Of a stretch of DNA of 64,000 bases, positions 46,926 through 56,202 are shown piece by piece. How positions within the stretch are numbered: the first letter of the stretch is position 1; each line of letters opens with the position of its first letter. The DNA is taken from the IMG/VR virus record IMGVR_UViG_3300030333_001364, positions 32,001 through 96,000 of that record; one strand, 5' to 3'. The DNA comes from a virus (taxonomy: Duplodnaviria > Caudoviricetes). A program made the position numbers and the translations under genes. The notes below the pieces were generated by a model that saw nothing but the letters and a program-made list of their open reading frames with translations, ran no database searches and had not been told where the DNA came from.

Positions 46926-48256
46926 TATCAGTACATCAACATTGGGATCCATTGAAAGTATGTGCGGTTGGTAGATGCTACCCACCGCATTTCTTTTCTA
47001 GGATAAAAAATAGTAAAGTTCGTAATGCAATGGAGAAGATTGCATTCGAGACTGAAGAAGATTATCAGAAACTAATAAGCAAATTAGAAGAGTTTGGTGT
47101 CACTGTTTTGAGAACAGATATAAGTGAAGACCCAGAGGTATATGTAAAGGATCAGAAACAACAACCTAAAGGTCAAGGACATGTGACAAAGTATCCTCCC
47201 ATGTTTCCAAGAGATTATACTGCTATGATAGGTGGCACATTCTTCATGCCATCAAGAAACTATGGGCAGAACATTGACGTAGCAAAAATATTTGAAAGAT
47301 TATGTAACTCAGAGATGTCAGACTTGACTCATCGTGAGAGACTTATGGCAAAAATGCTAGAGCAAATGCTAGAACCTCAGAAAAATTTGTCTACATCTAT
47401 GTCATTATTCAAGTTTCGCACTCAAAAGAAATATCACCATAAAGTAAAAATTTTAACAGGTCTAGATTTTGATTATATGATAGATGAGATAGTCAAAGCA
47501 GAGACCATGCAGATAGGTGCACCTAATAAGTGTCCTAACCACAGTGAATTTTATCCCTATACTACTATAGAGCAGTGGTTGAAGGATAATAATGTGCCAA
47601 TCGTATATGATCAGTACATAAACTCTGCTACTATGTTCAGAATCGGTAAAGATTTGTATTTTAGTTTCTGTCATGTCATCAATAAACTCAATCAAAAGAG
47701 TTTTGACAGGAAACTAAGAAGATTATTCCCTGATTATCGTATAAATTACCTCGCTAACACAGGACATAGTGATGGTAGTACATGTGTAGTCAAACCAGGT
47801 CTTGTAGTTTCACTAAAAGACACCGAAAATTGCAGTAAATTATTCCCTGACTGGGACATTTGTAGTATAACAGGGGAGTCTTGGGACAAAGTAGATGGTT
47901 TTCTTAAGATGAAGGAGAAAACTAGAGGAAAATACTTCGTTGCGGGCGAAGAAGACAACGATGACTTGATAGAATACATGGATAGTTGGTTATCACACTG
48001 GCAAGTATACGTTGAGGAGTCAGTTTTTGATGTAAATATGCTAGTTATTGATGAAAAAAACATCATATGCAATGGTTATAACGAGAAAGTGTTCAAATAT
48101 TTTGAAAAACATGGTGTCACTCCACACATTGTAAATATGAGACATAGATACTTCTGGGATGGAGGTCTACATTGTGTAACCTCAGACTTACACCGTGAAG
48201 GAGAGCGAAAAGACTACTTCCCTGACAGAAATTATGTTTCAGATCTTATAGCATGA
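46922..48256 (+). CDS. amidinotransferase-family protein (glycine/inosamine amidinotransferase-like)
   Basis: WDPLKVCAVG, FPRD, GHSDG, FDVNML and GGLHCVT (catalytic His/Cys). Confidence 0.85.
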   Translation: MISVHQHWDPLKVCAVGRCYPPHFFSRIKNSKVRNAMEKIAFETEEDYQKLISKLEEFGVTVLRTDISEDPEVYVKDQKQQPKGQGHVTKYPPMFPRDYTAMIGGTFFMPSRNYGQNIDVAKIFERLCNSEMSDLTHRERLMAKMLEQMLEPQKNLSTSMSLFKFRTQKKYHHKVKILTGLDFDYMIDEIVKAETMQIGAPNKCPNHSEFYPYTTIEQWLKDNNVPIVYDQYINSATMFRIGKDLYFSFCHVINKLNQKSFDRKLRRLFPDYRINYLANTGHSDGSTCVVKPGLVVSLKDTENCSKLFPDWDICSITGESWDKVDGFLKMKEKTRGKYFVAGEEDNDDLIEYMDSWLSHWQVYVEESVFDVNMLVIDEKNIICNGYNEKVFKYFEKHGVTPHIVNMRHRYFWDGGLHCVTSDLHREGERKDYFPDRNYVSDLIA

Positions 48257-48696
48257 AGGATTTACTCCAAGATTGGTTTGATTTTTTACAAAAACCGAAC
48301 AAATCATTTGATAATATGCCACCTTGTCCCTTTGCTAAGTCGGCATTCCAAAGAAAGAAGATAGAGATAGTAGAATACAAGAATATGCTCACAGTTATAG
48401 AGTATATGATGAAACCATGGGAGAAAGAGGTGGTTATATTTGTACTACAGGACTATGGTGCAGCATATTTACAGTGGTTAGCAATCAAATTGGGTATCAT
48501 GTACCCTGATTTCATATTTTTAGAGGATCATCCTGACCTAGAAGAGAACATTGACGGTCAAATAATGAATAGTGGTAAAGTATTGCTGCTAGTACAGGAA
48601 AGAAAGGAGTTAGAGGACGCAAGAAGGGACTTGATGAAGACAAAATATTACGATAAGTGGACGTTGGAACTAAAACAAAGGATATTCAATCGGTAA
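48253..48696 (+). CDS. hypothetical protein (PCPFA / LEDHP motifs)
   Basis: 147 aa, coupled to the amidinotransferase (ATGA). Confidence 0.65.
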   Translation: MKDLLQDWFDFLQKPNKSFDNMPPCPFAKSAFQRKKIEIVEYKNMLTVIEYMMKPWEKEVVIFVLQDYGAAYLQWLAIKLGIMYPDFIFLEDHPDLEENIDGQIMNSGKVLLLVQERKELEDARRDLMKTKYYDKWTLELKQRIFNR

Positions 48697-48731
48697 ATAT
48701 ATGTTATACTAAGTTTTTATGGAGGGAACTG

Positions 48732-48881
48732 GTGTCTGAAGACGTATCTGATCTGTGGGATGATATGGGCACACTAAACTCATTGTATAGTGAAATGTGT
48801 TGGAAAAATGATGAACCTATTGAGTTTATCCCTGATTACAAAAACGATTGCATCATTATTAGGCGAAAGAAATGGAACTAA
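48732..48881 (+). CDS. small hypothetical protein (GTG start)
   Basis: GGAGG RBS at 48721; in frame with ORF 48657-48881. Confidence 0.55.
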   Translation: MSEDVSDLWDDMGTLNSLYSEMCWKNDEPIEFIPDYKNDCIIIRRKKWN

Positions 48882-49252
48882 AAGACTGGTTGAAGTCTAT
48901 CAACGAGACTAAAACCAATCTTATTGATAATGACTCTACACTTGAACCAAAATACTTACCCTATATCGTGAACAGATGTATGTCTGGTCAGATAGACACT
49001 TTGATGTTTGCAAATGAGATGAACATCAGTAATCATCTAGATAACAAGTTACAATACGACTTTTTACTATATACTTTGAGGAAAAAGAAGAGATTTTCTC
49101 CTTGGATGAGAAAAGATGAACTGTCTAACCTTAGTATTGTGAAGGAATACTACGGGTACAGTGATGAAAAAGCAAGACAAGTTCTACCTCTACTTACCGA
49201 AGACCAACTCAACATTATTACACGACGGTTGAATACCGGAGGATTGAAATGA
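48872..49252 (+). CDS. gp62: clamp loader small subunit gp62
   Basis: YLPYIVNR, ANEMN, RKKKRFSPW and YYGYSDEKA. Confidence 0.93.
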   Translation: MELKDWLKSINETKTNLIDNDSTLEPKYLPYIVNRCMSGQIDTLMFANEMNISNHLDNKLQYDFLLYTLRKKKRFSPWMRKDELSNLSIVKEYYGYSDEKARQVLPLLTEDQLNIITRRLNTGGLK

Positions 49253-49680
49253 CTTTTGAAAACGAATTTGCTTGGTCTCCTGATAAAATGGTTGAGATAA
49301 TACTCAAAGAACCTGATGATTTTCTGAAGGTTCGAGAGACTCTCACCAGAATTGGAGTGGCATCAAGAAAAGAGAAGAAACTATACCAGTCATGCCACAT
49401 ATTGCATAAGCAAGGTAGGTATTACATAGTACACTTCAAGGAATTGTTTGCTTTGGATGGCAAACATGCTAACTTGACAGAGAATGACGTACAAAGACGT
49501 AATAGAATAATCAAATTACTTGTCGATTGGGGTCTAGTAGGTATATCTGACTCTGGATTAGAGACAATATCTAATATGTCATCACTAAATCAAATCAAAG
49601 TCATCTCATTCAAGAACAAAAAGGATTGGGTGTTAGAAACCAAATATAACATAGGTAAAACTAAAACAACTACTAAATAA
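49249..49680 (+). CDS. regA: translational repressor RegA
   Basis: DDFLKVRETLTRIGVASRK and LYQSCHILHKQGRYYIVHFKELFALDG. Confidence 0.97.
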   Translation: MTFENEFAWSPDKMVEIILKEPDDFLKVRETLTRIGVASRKEKKLYQSCHILHKQGRYYIVHFKELFALDGKHANLTENDVQRRNRIIKLLVDWGLVGISDSGLETISNMSSLNQIKVISFKNKKDWVLETKYNIGKTKTTTK

Positions 49681-49683
49681 AAA

Positions 49684-49758
49684 CGTCACCATTCGTGCGT
49701 GACACGCTACATACGGATATACGCTACCGAAAAGGGGGTTTCCACGACCCCCTTTTTC
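49684..49758 (+). ncRNA. candidate small RNA between a late promoter and a terminator
   Basis: CTAAATA (49673), then hairpin GTCAC-CA-TTCG-TG-c-GTGAC, ACGCTAC x2, and a terminator; no credible ORF. Confidence 0.5.
49729..49758 (+). terminator. Rho-independent terminator
   Basis: AAAAGGGGGTT-TCCAC-GACCCCCTTTTT. Confidence 0.8.
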
Positions 49759-49782
49759 ATGTTTGATCATATAATTAGTATT

Positions 49783-49826
49783 GTCGCCTACGGGGACATT
49801 ACAATTAGACGCTTTAGGAGGTCACC
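49783..49826 (+). promoter_or_regulatory. structured hsp20 5' UTR (RNA-thermometer-like)
   Basis: Hairpin GTC-g-CC-TACG-GG-GAC, then GAC-g-CT-TTAGG-AG-GTC covering the AGGAGG RBS; TATAAT at 49770. Confidence 0.5.
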
Positions 49827-50261
49827 ATGTTCGGAAACGGATCTATAACTTTGTCTGTGCCTGATACACAGAAGTATCTTGAAAAGATACAAAGAAACAT
49901 GATTGGATTTGATGATTGGTTCAATGAGTTCGATCAACACTTCGTAAACACAAACTACCCACCTTATAATAGTATAAAGGTATCAGAAAACCAGTATAGG
50001 TTAGAGGTAGCACTAGCAGGATTCAAGAAAGACAACATCAAAGTCTTCACACAGGAAGGAAAACTTACAATAGAAGGTAAGAAAGAGGATGGTGTTGCAC
50101 ATGACTATGTTCATAAGGGATTAGCACAAAGAGCATTCACTCGTACTTGGGCATTACCTGAGGAACTTAAGATTGATAGTGTAAAATTTGAAGATGGTCT
50201 ACTATTAGTAGAGATCAAGAAGGTTTTACCAGAATCACAACAACGTAAAGACTGGCTCTAA
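49827..50261 (+). CDS. hsp20: small heat-shock protein Hsp20
   Basis: NYPPYN, LEVALAGF, HKGLAQRAF and FEDGLL. Confidence 0.95.
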   Translation: MFGNGSITLSVPDTQKYLEKIQRNMIGFDDWFNEFDQHFVNTNYPPYNSIKVSENQYRLEVALAGFKKDNIKVFTQEGKLTIEGKKEDGVAHDYVHKGLAQRAFTRTWALPEELKIDSVKFEDGLLLVEIKKVLPESQQRKDWL

Positions 50262-50287
50262 ATAATACTACAACACGGTAGTATTGA

Positions 50288-51028
50288 GTGTACAAGAAAG
50301 TCTTACATCATATAAAAGCGTCAGATCTACGGGAAACCGCAGGTCTGACTTTGCGTTTTAGGGACGAATTGAATGATAAGTTCTGGGTAAATGGTACTTT
50401 GAGACCTCAAGTTCGTAAATCTATTATGAACTTTGCCAAAGCATTTGCTGACTACGTAGATCTGAATGACAGAGCAGTAGTTGATGTGCTTATGTTAGGT
50501 GGTAATGCAGGATATAATTATACAAAATATTCTGATATAGATGTGCATCTGGTGGTAGATACAAACTATATTCCACAGTGTGACCCATTATTTCTTGATG
50601 ATTATTACATGGATAAGAAGACATTGTGGGAATTGACTCATGATGTAAAGATATATGGTGTCCCAGTAGAACCATACATCGAAAGACCAGGTGTTACACG
50701 TAAGAAATGTCAGGGTGTGTATAGTGTATTGAAGGGATACTGGATACAGGAACCAACAAAGTTTGAAGATGACTTTGATGAGAATGAGTTGATGAAGAAG
50801 GTGAATAACATCAAGAATAAGTTAGACACACTAATAAAATCTGAGAAACCAGAGGCATTGAAAACAATTGTCAATAAAATAAGGATGGCAAGAGCATCAT
50901 CACTAGATCGATATGGTGAATATGGTTTTGAAAATCTTGTGTTCAAAGAATTACGTAACAGTGGGTACATAGACAAAGTACGTAGTTCTATGCTATCATT
51001 GAAGAATAAAAGTCTATCCTTATTATGA
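50288..51028 (+). CDS. Pol-beta-superfamily nucleotidyltransferase
   Basis: LGGNAGYNYTKYSDIDVHL (hG[GS]x9DxD), later VEPY and ENLVFKELR; late promoter CTAAATA at 50258. Confidence 0.75.
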   Translation: MYKKVLHHIKASDLRETAGLTLRFRDELNDKFWVNGTLRPQVRKSIMNFAKAFADYVDLNDRAVVDVLMLGGNAGYNYTKYSDIDVHLVVDTNYIPQCDPLFLDDYYMDKKTLWELTHDVKIYGVPVEPYIERPGVTRKKCQGVYSVLKGYWIQEPTKFEDDFDENELMKKVNNIKNKLDTLIKSEKPEALKTIVNKIRMARASSLDRYGEYGFENLVFKELRNSGYIDKVRSSMLSLKNKSLSLL

Positions 51029-51288
51029 TAAAGGTTATATTATTCAAGAACAATCTCGTTCTTATCTCTAGATTAGAAGAGGTAGGGTCTGAGATGGGTG
51101 AACCAGACTGTAAACTTATAGATCCTTTTGAACTCAAAGGTGAGTTCTTAGAATCATGGCCATCATTCAGTATGCAAAGAGAAATGATGGTACATTCAGA
51201 TAGTTTTCTTACCATATTAGAACCTGACAAGAAGCAGCTAGACAAATATCAATCGTTGACTGCCAAGAATGTCACAGAAAAAGCTTAG
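51025..51288 (+). CDS. conserved hypothetical protein upstream of gp43
   Basis: GEPDCKLIDP...SDSFLTILEP. Confidence 0.7.
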   Translation: MIKVILFKNNLVLISRLEEVGSEMGEPDCKLIDPFELKGEFLESWPSFSMQREMMVHSDSFLTILEPDKKQLDKYQSLTAKNVTEKA

Positions 51289-52693
51289 AATACTTTGGTT
51301 ATATCCTAATCAGCATATGAGAGTCACACCACCAGGTGGTGTTGCTATTATATCTGCTTGTTTAAAACGTGCTGGTTATAATAACATGGAACTGTTTGAT
51401 GCCACATGGTATCCTATTGATAAGGAAGATGTGCATGCTAGACCTGATAGAGATAGGGAAAGAAGTAAGAGGGGAATGTTTCCTGAGTATAAGTGGGAGA
51501 GAGATGATATAAAATTAGAACTAGAAGAGATCGACATGTACACAGCATGGAGAAATAAGGTCTTGGAGTTCAAACCAGATGTAATTATCTCATCTATTGT
51601 GGAGGATACTTATTACCTTTGGAAAAATTTTATGTCTAAGATTGAGGACGTGAATTTTATCAATGTTGTTGGTGGTGTCTTTGCCACATATGCTCCTCAA
51701 GTATTTGAAGGACAAGTAGATTACATATGTCGTGGAGAAGGAGATGAAGCAATACCTGAGTTGATGGATCTTATTAGTGAAGGTAAGACAGGACATCATA
51801 TTGCAAATATACATCCTAATCCAATGAGACCGGCAATGGATGTCGATAAATTACCACCAACAGACCATCAAATATTTGATGAGAGATCATTATACAGACC
51901 ATTTCAAGGTAAGATAATCAAGATTGCTACTGTAGAAACACAGCGTGGGTGTCCATACAAATGTAAGTTCTGTAACTCACCATCCAATGCTGGAATATAC
52001 AAAGAAGAAACTAACAGTGCATTCTTTAGAAAGAGATCTGTTGAGAGTCAGGAAAGAGAACTTGTAGACCTCATTGAGAAACATAATATAGAAGTTCTCT
52101 GGATAGTTACTGATACATTTCTCACTATGTCAAAGAGGGAGTTTGATAAGTGGGCAACGATGTATAGTAAATACAAACTACCATTTTTTACACAGACAAG
52201 ACCAGAGTTATTGACACCTTACCAAGCAAGAACACTGAAAGAATTAGGATGTATCAAAATGAATCTAGGTGTAGAGCATGGTGACCCACAGTTCCGTAAA
52301 GATGTTGTAGGCAGGATATATCATAATGATGTAGCGATAGAAGCGTTTAGGATTGCAAGAGAAGCAGGACTATCTACTACATGTAATTTTATTATTGGGT
52401 ATCCATATGAGACTATGGAACTTTGTATGAAGTCAGTTGAATTAGCATCACAATTACATTGTGATGATACGAATGCCTTCATGTACACACCATATCATGG
52501 TACACCACTAAGGGATATGTGTGTAGATGCAGGATTTATAGACAAAGATTTGATAGTTGAGATGAGAAGTGATGATCAAGGTTCGTATCTAAACATGCCA
52601 CCACCATACATGAGTAAAGAGGAAATACAATACATGTTCAATAATTTTGTGAGGTTGTTTAGAGAACGGGAACGTGCTATAGTGTCGTCATGA
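51269..52693 (+). CDS. B12-binding-domain radical SAM protein
   Basis: N-terminal PPGG.A..SA.L..AG, VGGVFAT and RGEGD; RGCPYKCKFC (CxxxCxxC); GVEHG, FIIGYPYET and PYHGTPL. Confidence 0.88.
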   Translation: MSQKKLRILWLYPNQHMRVTPPGGVAIISACLKRAGYNNMELFDATWYPIDKEDVHARPDRDRERSKRGMFPEYKWERDDIKLELEEIDMYTAWRNKVLEFKPDVIISSIVEDTYYLWKNFMSKIEDVNFINVVGGVFATYAPQVFEGQVDYICRGEGDEAIPELMDLISEGKTGHHIANIHPNPMRPAMDVDKLPPTDHQIFDERSLYRPFQGKIIKIATVETQRGCPYKCKFCNSPSNAGIYKEETNSAFFRKRSVESQERELVDLIEKHNIEVLWIVTDTFLTMSKREFDKWATMYSKYKLPFFTQTRPELLTPYQARTLKELGCIKMNLGVEHGDPQFRKDVVGRIYHNDVAIEAFRIAREAGLSTTCNFIIGYPYETMELCMKSVELASQLHCDDTNAFMYTPYHGTPLRDMCVDAGFIDKDLIVEMRSDDQGSYLNMPPPYMSKEEIQYMFNNFVRLFRERERAIVSS

Positions 52694-55185
52694 GATATTA
52701 CACTAACGTCCAGATGGTTGGGAATGATTTTCTCGTCCGTGGATATGAGGATGGCAAATCGTTTACTACCAGAGAGAAATATAACCCTACACTTTTTGTG
52801 CCAAGCAAGAAGAGGACAAAATATAAAACATTAGATGGCAAATATGTACAGAGTGTCAAACCTGGTTCTGTAAGAGACTGTAGAGAATTTTATAGGACAC
52901 ATGGTGAGGTAAAAGGATTTGAAATATTTGGAAACAACAGATACATCTATCAATATATCTCTGACAAATACCCAGAGAAGGAAATAGTATTTGATATCAA
53001 CAAGATCAAACTTGTAACGATTGATATTGAGGTCAAATCAGAGAAGGGATTCCCTACAGTACAGGCATGTGATGAGGAGATGCTTTGCATCACACTACAG
53101 GACTATGCTACTAAAAGGATATTGACATTCGGTGTAGGTCCTTACCATCACAATGACAAGATGGTCAAGTATGTACAGTGTAATGATGAGTATGATATGC
53201 TCCAGCATTTTATAACATACTGGTCAGCAAATCCACCAGAAGTTGTGACAGGATGGAACTGTCAGTTATATGATATAGCATATCTTGCTAAGAGAATTAC
53301 CAGAGTTCTAGGTGAGAAGTCATGTAAAAAATTATCACCATGGGGTCTAGTAACTCATGAAGAAATTTATCTACAGGGTAGAGCACATACTGTATATGAT
53401 ATTGGTGGTGTCACAGTCCTAGATTACCTTGACTTATACCGTAAGTTTACATACAAAGCACAGGAGTCATACAAACTAGACTACATTGGTGAAGTAGAAC
53501 TGGGTAAGAAGAAGTTAGATCACTCAGAGTTTGATACCTTCAAAGATTTTTATACTAAAGCATGGAATAAATTTGTAGACTACAACATCCAAGACGTTAG
53601 ACTTGTTGACGCTCTGGAAGAGAAGATGAAGTTGATTGAACTTGCTGTGACTATGGCATTTGACGCAAAAGTTAACTTTACAGACGTGTTTTATCAGGTT
53701 AGAATGTGGGATATGATAATATATAATGACCTTAAACGTAAGGGCATTGTAATACCACCTAAGAAAGATGAATCTAAAAGCGAAAAGTATGCAGGAGCGT
53801 ATGTCAAAGAACCTATACCTGGTATCTACGACTGGGTTGTTTCTTTTGACCTCAATAGTCTATATCCTCATCTTATTATGCAGTACAATATATCTCCAGA
53901 AACTCTTCTGGATGAGAGATATCCTAATGTAAGTGTTGATAAGTTATTGAATGAAGAGGTAGACCTATCTGGTTTAGATGGTGTGACTGTGTGTCCTAAT
54001 GGTGCCATGTTTACTACAGAGAAACAGGGGTTCCTACCTAAGTTGATGGACAAGATATACAGTGAACGTGTTGTCTTCAAGAAGAAGATGATCAAAGCAA
54101 AGAAAGCATACGAGAAGAACCCTAGTAAAGAATTAGAAAGAGAAATATCTAGATGTAATAATATACAGATGGCAAAGAAGATACAACTAAACAGTGCTTA
54201 TGGTGCTATCGGTAACAACTATTTTAGGTATTATAAATTAGAGAACGCTGAAGCTATAACGCTAGGCGGTCAGTTCTCTATTCGCTGGATTGAGAATAGA
54301 ATGAACAAATACATGAACAAAATTTTGAAAACTAACGAGGTTGATTATGTCATTGCTTCTGATACCGATTCCATTTATCTCAATATGGGTCCTCTGGTCA
54401 AAGTTATATACGAGAAACGAGAGAAGACTACTGAGGGCATTGTTGGGTTCCTTGATAAGATCTGTGAAGTGGAACTTGAAAGGTATATTTCGAGTTCTTA
54501 CCAAGCGTTGGCCACGTACGTCAATGCCTTTGAGCAAAAAATGTTTATGAAGCGTGAGACAATAGCAGAGAGAGGTATATGGACAGCGAAGAAAAGATAC
54601 ATTCTAAATGCATGGGACATAGAAGGTGTGAGGTTTGCAGAACCTAAGTTGAAGATCATGGGAATAGAAGCAGTCAAGTCTTCTACCCCTGCTCCATGCA
54701 GAGAAATGATTAAAGAAGCATTAAGAATTATCATGAGTGGTACAGAGGATAATGTGATAGATTATATTGATGACAGTCGTAAGAAATTTAGGCAGATGGA
54801 TCCCAGTCTCGTTGCCTTCCCTAGGTCTTGCAACAATGTAGACAAATATCATAGTAATTTTTCAATCTATACAAAGGGAACTCCCATACATGTTAGAGGA
54901 TCTTTACTGCATAATCACTACGTCAAAAAGTATAAATTAGAAAACAAATACTCATACATACAAAATGGGGATAAGATTAAATTTTGTTATCTGACAAAAC
55001 CTAACCCGATTCAAGAGAACGTAATATCTTTCAATGGTGATTTTCCTACAGAACTAGGACTAAACAAATACATCGATTATACTTTGATGTTTGAGAAGAG
55101 TTTCGTGGAACCTCTCAAGGCAGTCTTAGATGCAATAGGATGGTCAGTAGAAAGGCAAGCAACACTTGAAAGTTTTTTCATGTGA
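52690..55185 (+). CDS. gp43: family B DNA polymerase gp43
   Basis: Exonuclease DIE, SFDLNSLYP, KIQLNSAYG and SDTDS. Confidence 0.98.
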   Translation: MRYYTNVQMVGNDFLVRGYEDGKSFTTREKYNPTLFVPSKKRTKYKTLDGKYVQSVKPGSVRDCREFYRTHGEVKGFEIFGNNRYIYQYISDKYPEKEIVFDINKIKLVTIDIEVKSEKGFPTVQACDEEMLCITLQDYATKRILTFGVGPYHHNDKMVKYVQCNDEYDMLQHFITYWSANPPEVVTGWNCQLYDIAYLAKRITRVLGEKSCKKLSPWGLVTHEEIYLQGRAHTVYDIGGVTVLDYLDLYRKFTYKAQESYKLDYIGEVELGKKKLDHSEFDTFKDFYTKAWNKFVDYNIQDVRLVDALEEKMKLIELAVTMAFDAKVNFTDVFYQVRMWDMIIYNDLKRKGIVIPPKKDESKSEKYAGAYVKEPIPGIYDWVVSFDLNSLYPHLIMQYNISPETLLDERYPNVSVDKLLNEEVDLSGLDGVTVCPNGAMFTTEKQGFLPKLMDKIYSERVVFKKKMIKAKKAYEKNPSKELEREISRCNNIQMAKKIQLNSAYGAIGNNYFRYYKLENAEAITLGGQFSIRWIENRMNKYMNKILKTNEVDYVIASDTDSIYLNMGPLVKVIYEKREKTTEGIVGFLDKICEVELERYISSSYQALATYVNAFEQKMFMKRETIAERGIWTAKKRYILNAWDIEGVRFAEPKLKIMGIEAVKSSTPAPCREMIKEALRIIMSGTEDNVIDYIDDSRKKFRQMDPSLVAFPRSCNNVDKYHSNFSIYTKGTPIHVRGSLLHNHYVKKYKLENKYSYIQNGDKIKFCYLTKPNPIQENVISFNGDFPTELGLNKYIDYTLMFEKSFVEPLKAVLDAIGWSVERQATLESFFM

Positions 55186-55194
55186 TGCTATAAT
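55166..55194 (+). promoter_or_regulatory. sigma70-type promoter
   Basis: TTGAAA-17nt-TATAAT with TGn. Confidence 0.65.
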
Positions 55195-55212
55195 ATAATT
55201 TTACATCATGTT

Positions 55213-55392
55213 ATGGACTTACCTATAGACGACAAAGAGTTTGACTATATTGTGCTTGCTCTCTGGAAGTGCAGGAAATCTGAAAATATGTGTGGTGATT
55301 TGTACGAGAAATTGAAGTTGGTAAAGGAATACAAAGATCAAGGTTTACCTTACAAGAAAATACTCAGAGAAAAACACGGTATCGTAGCATGA
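55213..55392 (+). CDS. hypothetical protein (59 aa)
   Basis: MDLPIDDKEFDYIVLALWKCRK..., read manually. Confidence 0.6.
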   Translation: MDLPIDDKEFDYIVLALWKCRKSENMCGDLYEKLKLVKEYKDQGLPYKKILREKHGIVA

Positions 55393-55595
55393 GAATGAAA
55401 TTGTATGGAGCAACAGGCAAGGGTAGACTTCCTACGTTAGGATCTCTATTCGATATAAACAATTACCCAAAGTTTAATGTAGCACTACACCAGAGTAGGT
55501 GGCCAGTGGTATGGTGGGATGAGAAGGTCGAAGCAAGAAGAAATAAAAAACGCATTCAACAAGAGAAGATAGATAGATTATATCCTAAGGTATAA
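55389..55595 (+). CDS. hypothetical protein
   Basis: 68-aa ORF coupled on both sides. Confidence 0.55.
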   Translation: MRMKLYGATGKGRLPTLGSLFDINNYPKFNVALHQSRWPVVWWDEKVEARRNKKRIQQEKIDRLYPKV

Positions 55596-56053
55596 TGTTT
55601 TTTGAAAAAGTGAGTTTGGTCACGGGTGGGTTTGATCCTATCCACAGTGGTCACATACAATATTTTGCTAGAGCAAAAGATCTATCAAACTACCTAGTGG
55701 TTGGTTTGAATGGTGATCCATGGTTGACTAGAAAGAAGGGTCAGTATTTTCAGAGTTGGACAGAGCGAGCAGATATAATAAGACATTTGGATATGGTTGA
55801 CGCTGTGATATCATGGGATGATGCTGATGATTCTGCCTGTGGTGCAATAGATAAGTGTCTTGATATAGCACAGGAAGTTATCTTTTGCAATGGTGGAGAC
55901 AGAGGCAAGGGGAACACCCCAGAACTTGACAAATTCCAAAAGAATGATAGAGTTAAGTTTGAATGGGGTATCGGTGGTACAGATAAAATGAACAGCAGTT
56001 CATGGATTCTCCACGGATACTTTGAAAGACAACGTAAACTTCTTGGCATATGA
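55595..56053 (+). CDS. cytidylyltransferase (HxGH, TagD/RfaE-like)
   Basis: TGGFDPIHSGH, NGD.WL.RKKG, FCNGGDR and K.NSSS. Confidence 0.9.
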   Translation: MFFEKVSLVTGGFDPIHSGHIQYFARAKDLSNYLVVGLNGDPWLTRKKGQYFQSWTERADIIRHLDMVDAVISWDDADDSACGAIDKCLDIAQEVIFCNGGDRGKGNTPELDKFQKNDRVKFEWGIGGTDKMNSSSWILHGYFERQRKLLGI

Positions 56054-56202
56054 ATTGTTGGCACTGTCAAACTGAACTCATCTGGGGTGCGGACTTCGAT
56101 GGTGCAGACTATGGATGTGAGGAAGACTATTCTATAGTCTCTACATTTACATGTCCTAAATGTGAATCATATGTAGAAGTTTATTACCCAAATAAAAACT
56201 AA
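56050..56202 (+). CDS. small zinc-ribbon protein (50 aa)
   Basis: MNCWHC...TCPKCESYVEVYYP, read manually. Confidence 0.7.
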   Translation: MNCWHCQTELIWGADFDGADYGCEEDYSIVSTFTCPKCESYVEVYYPNKN

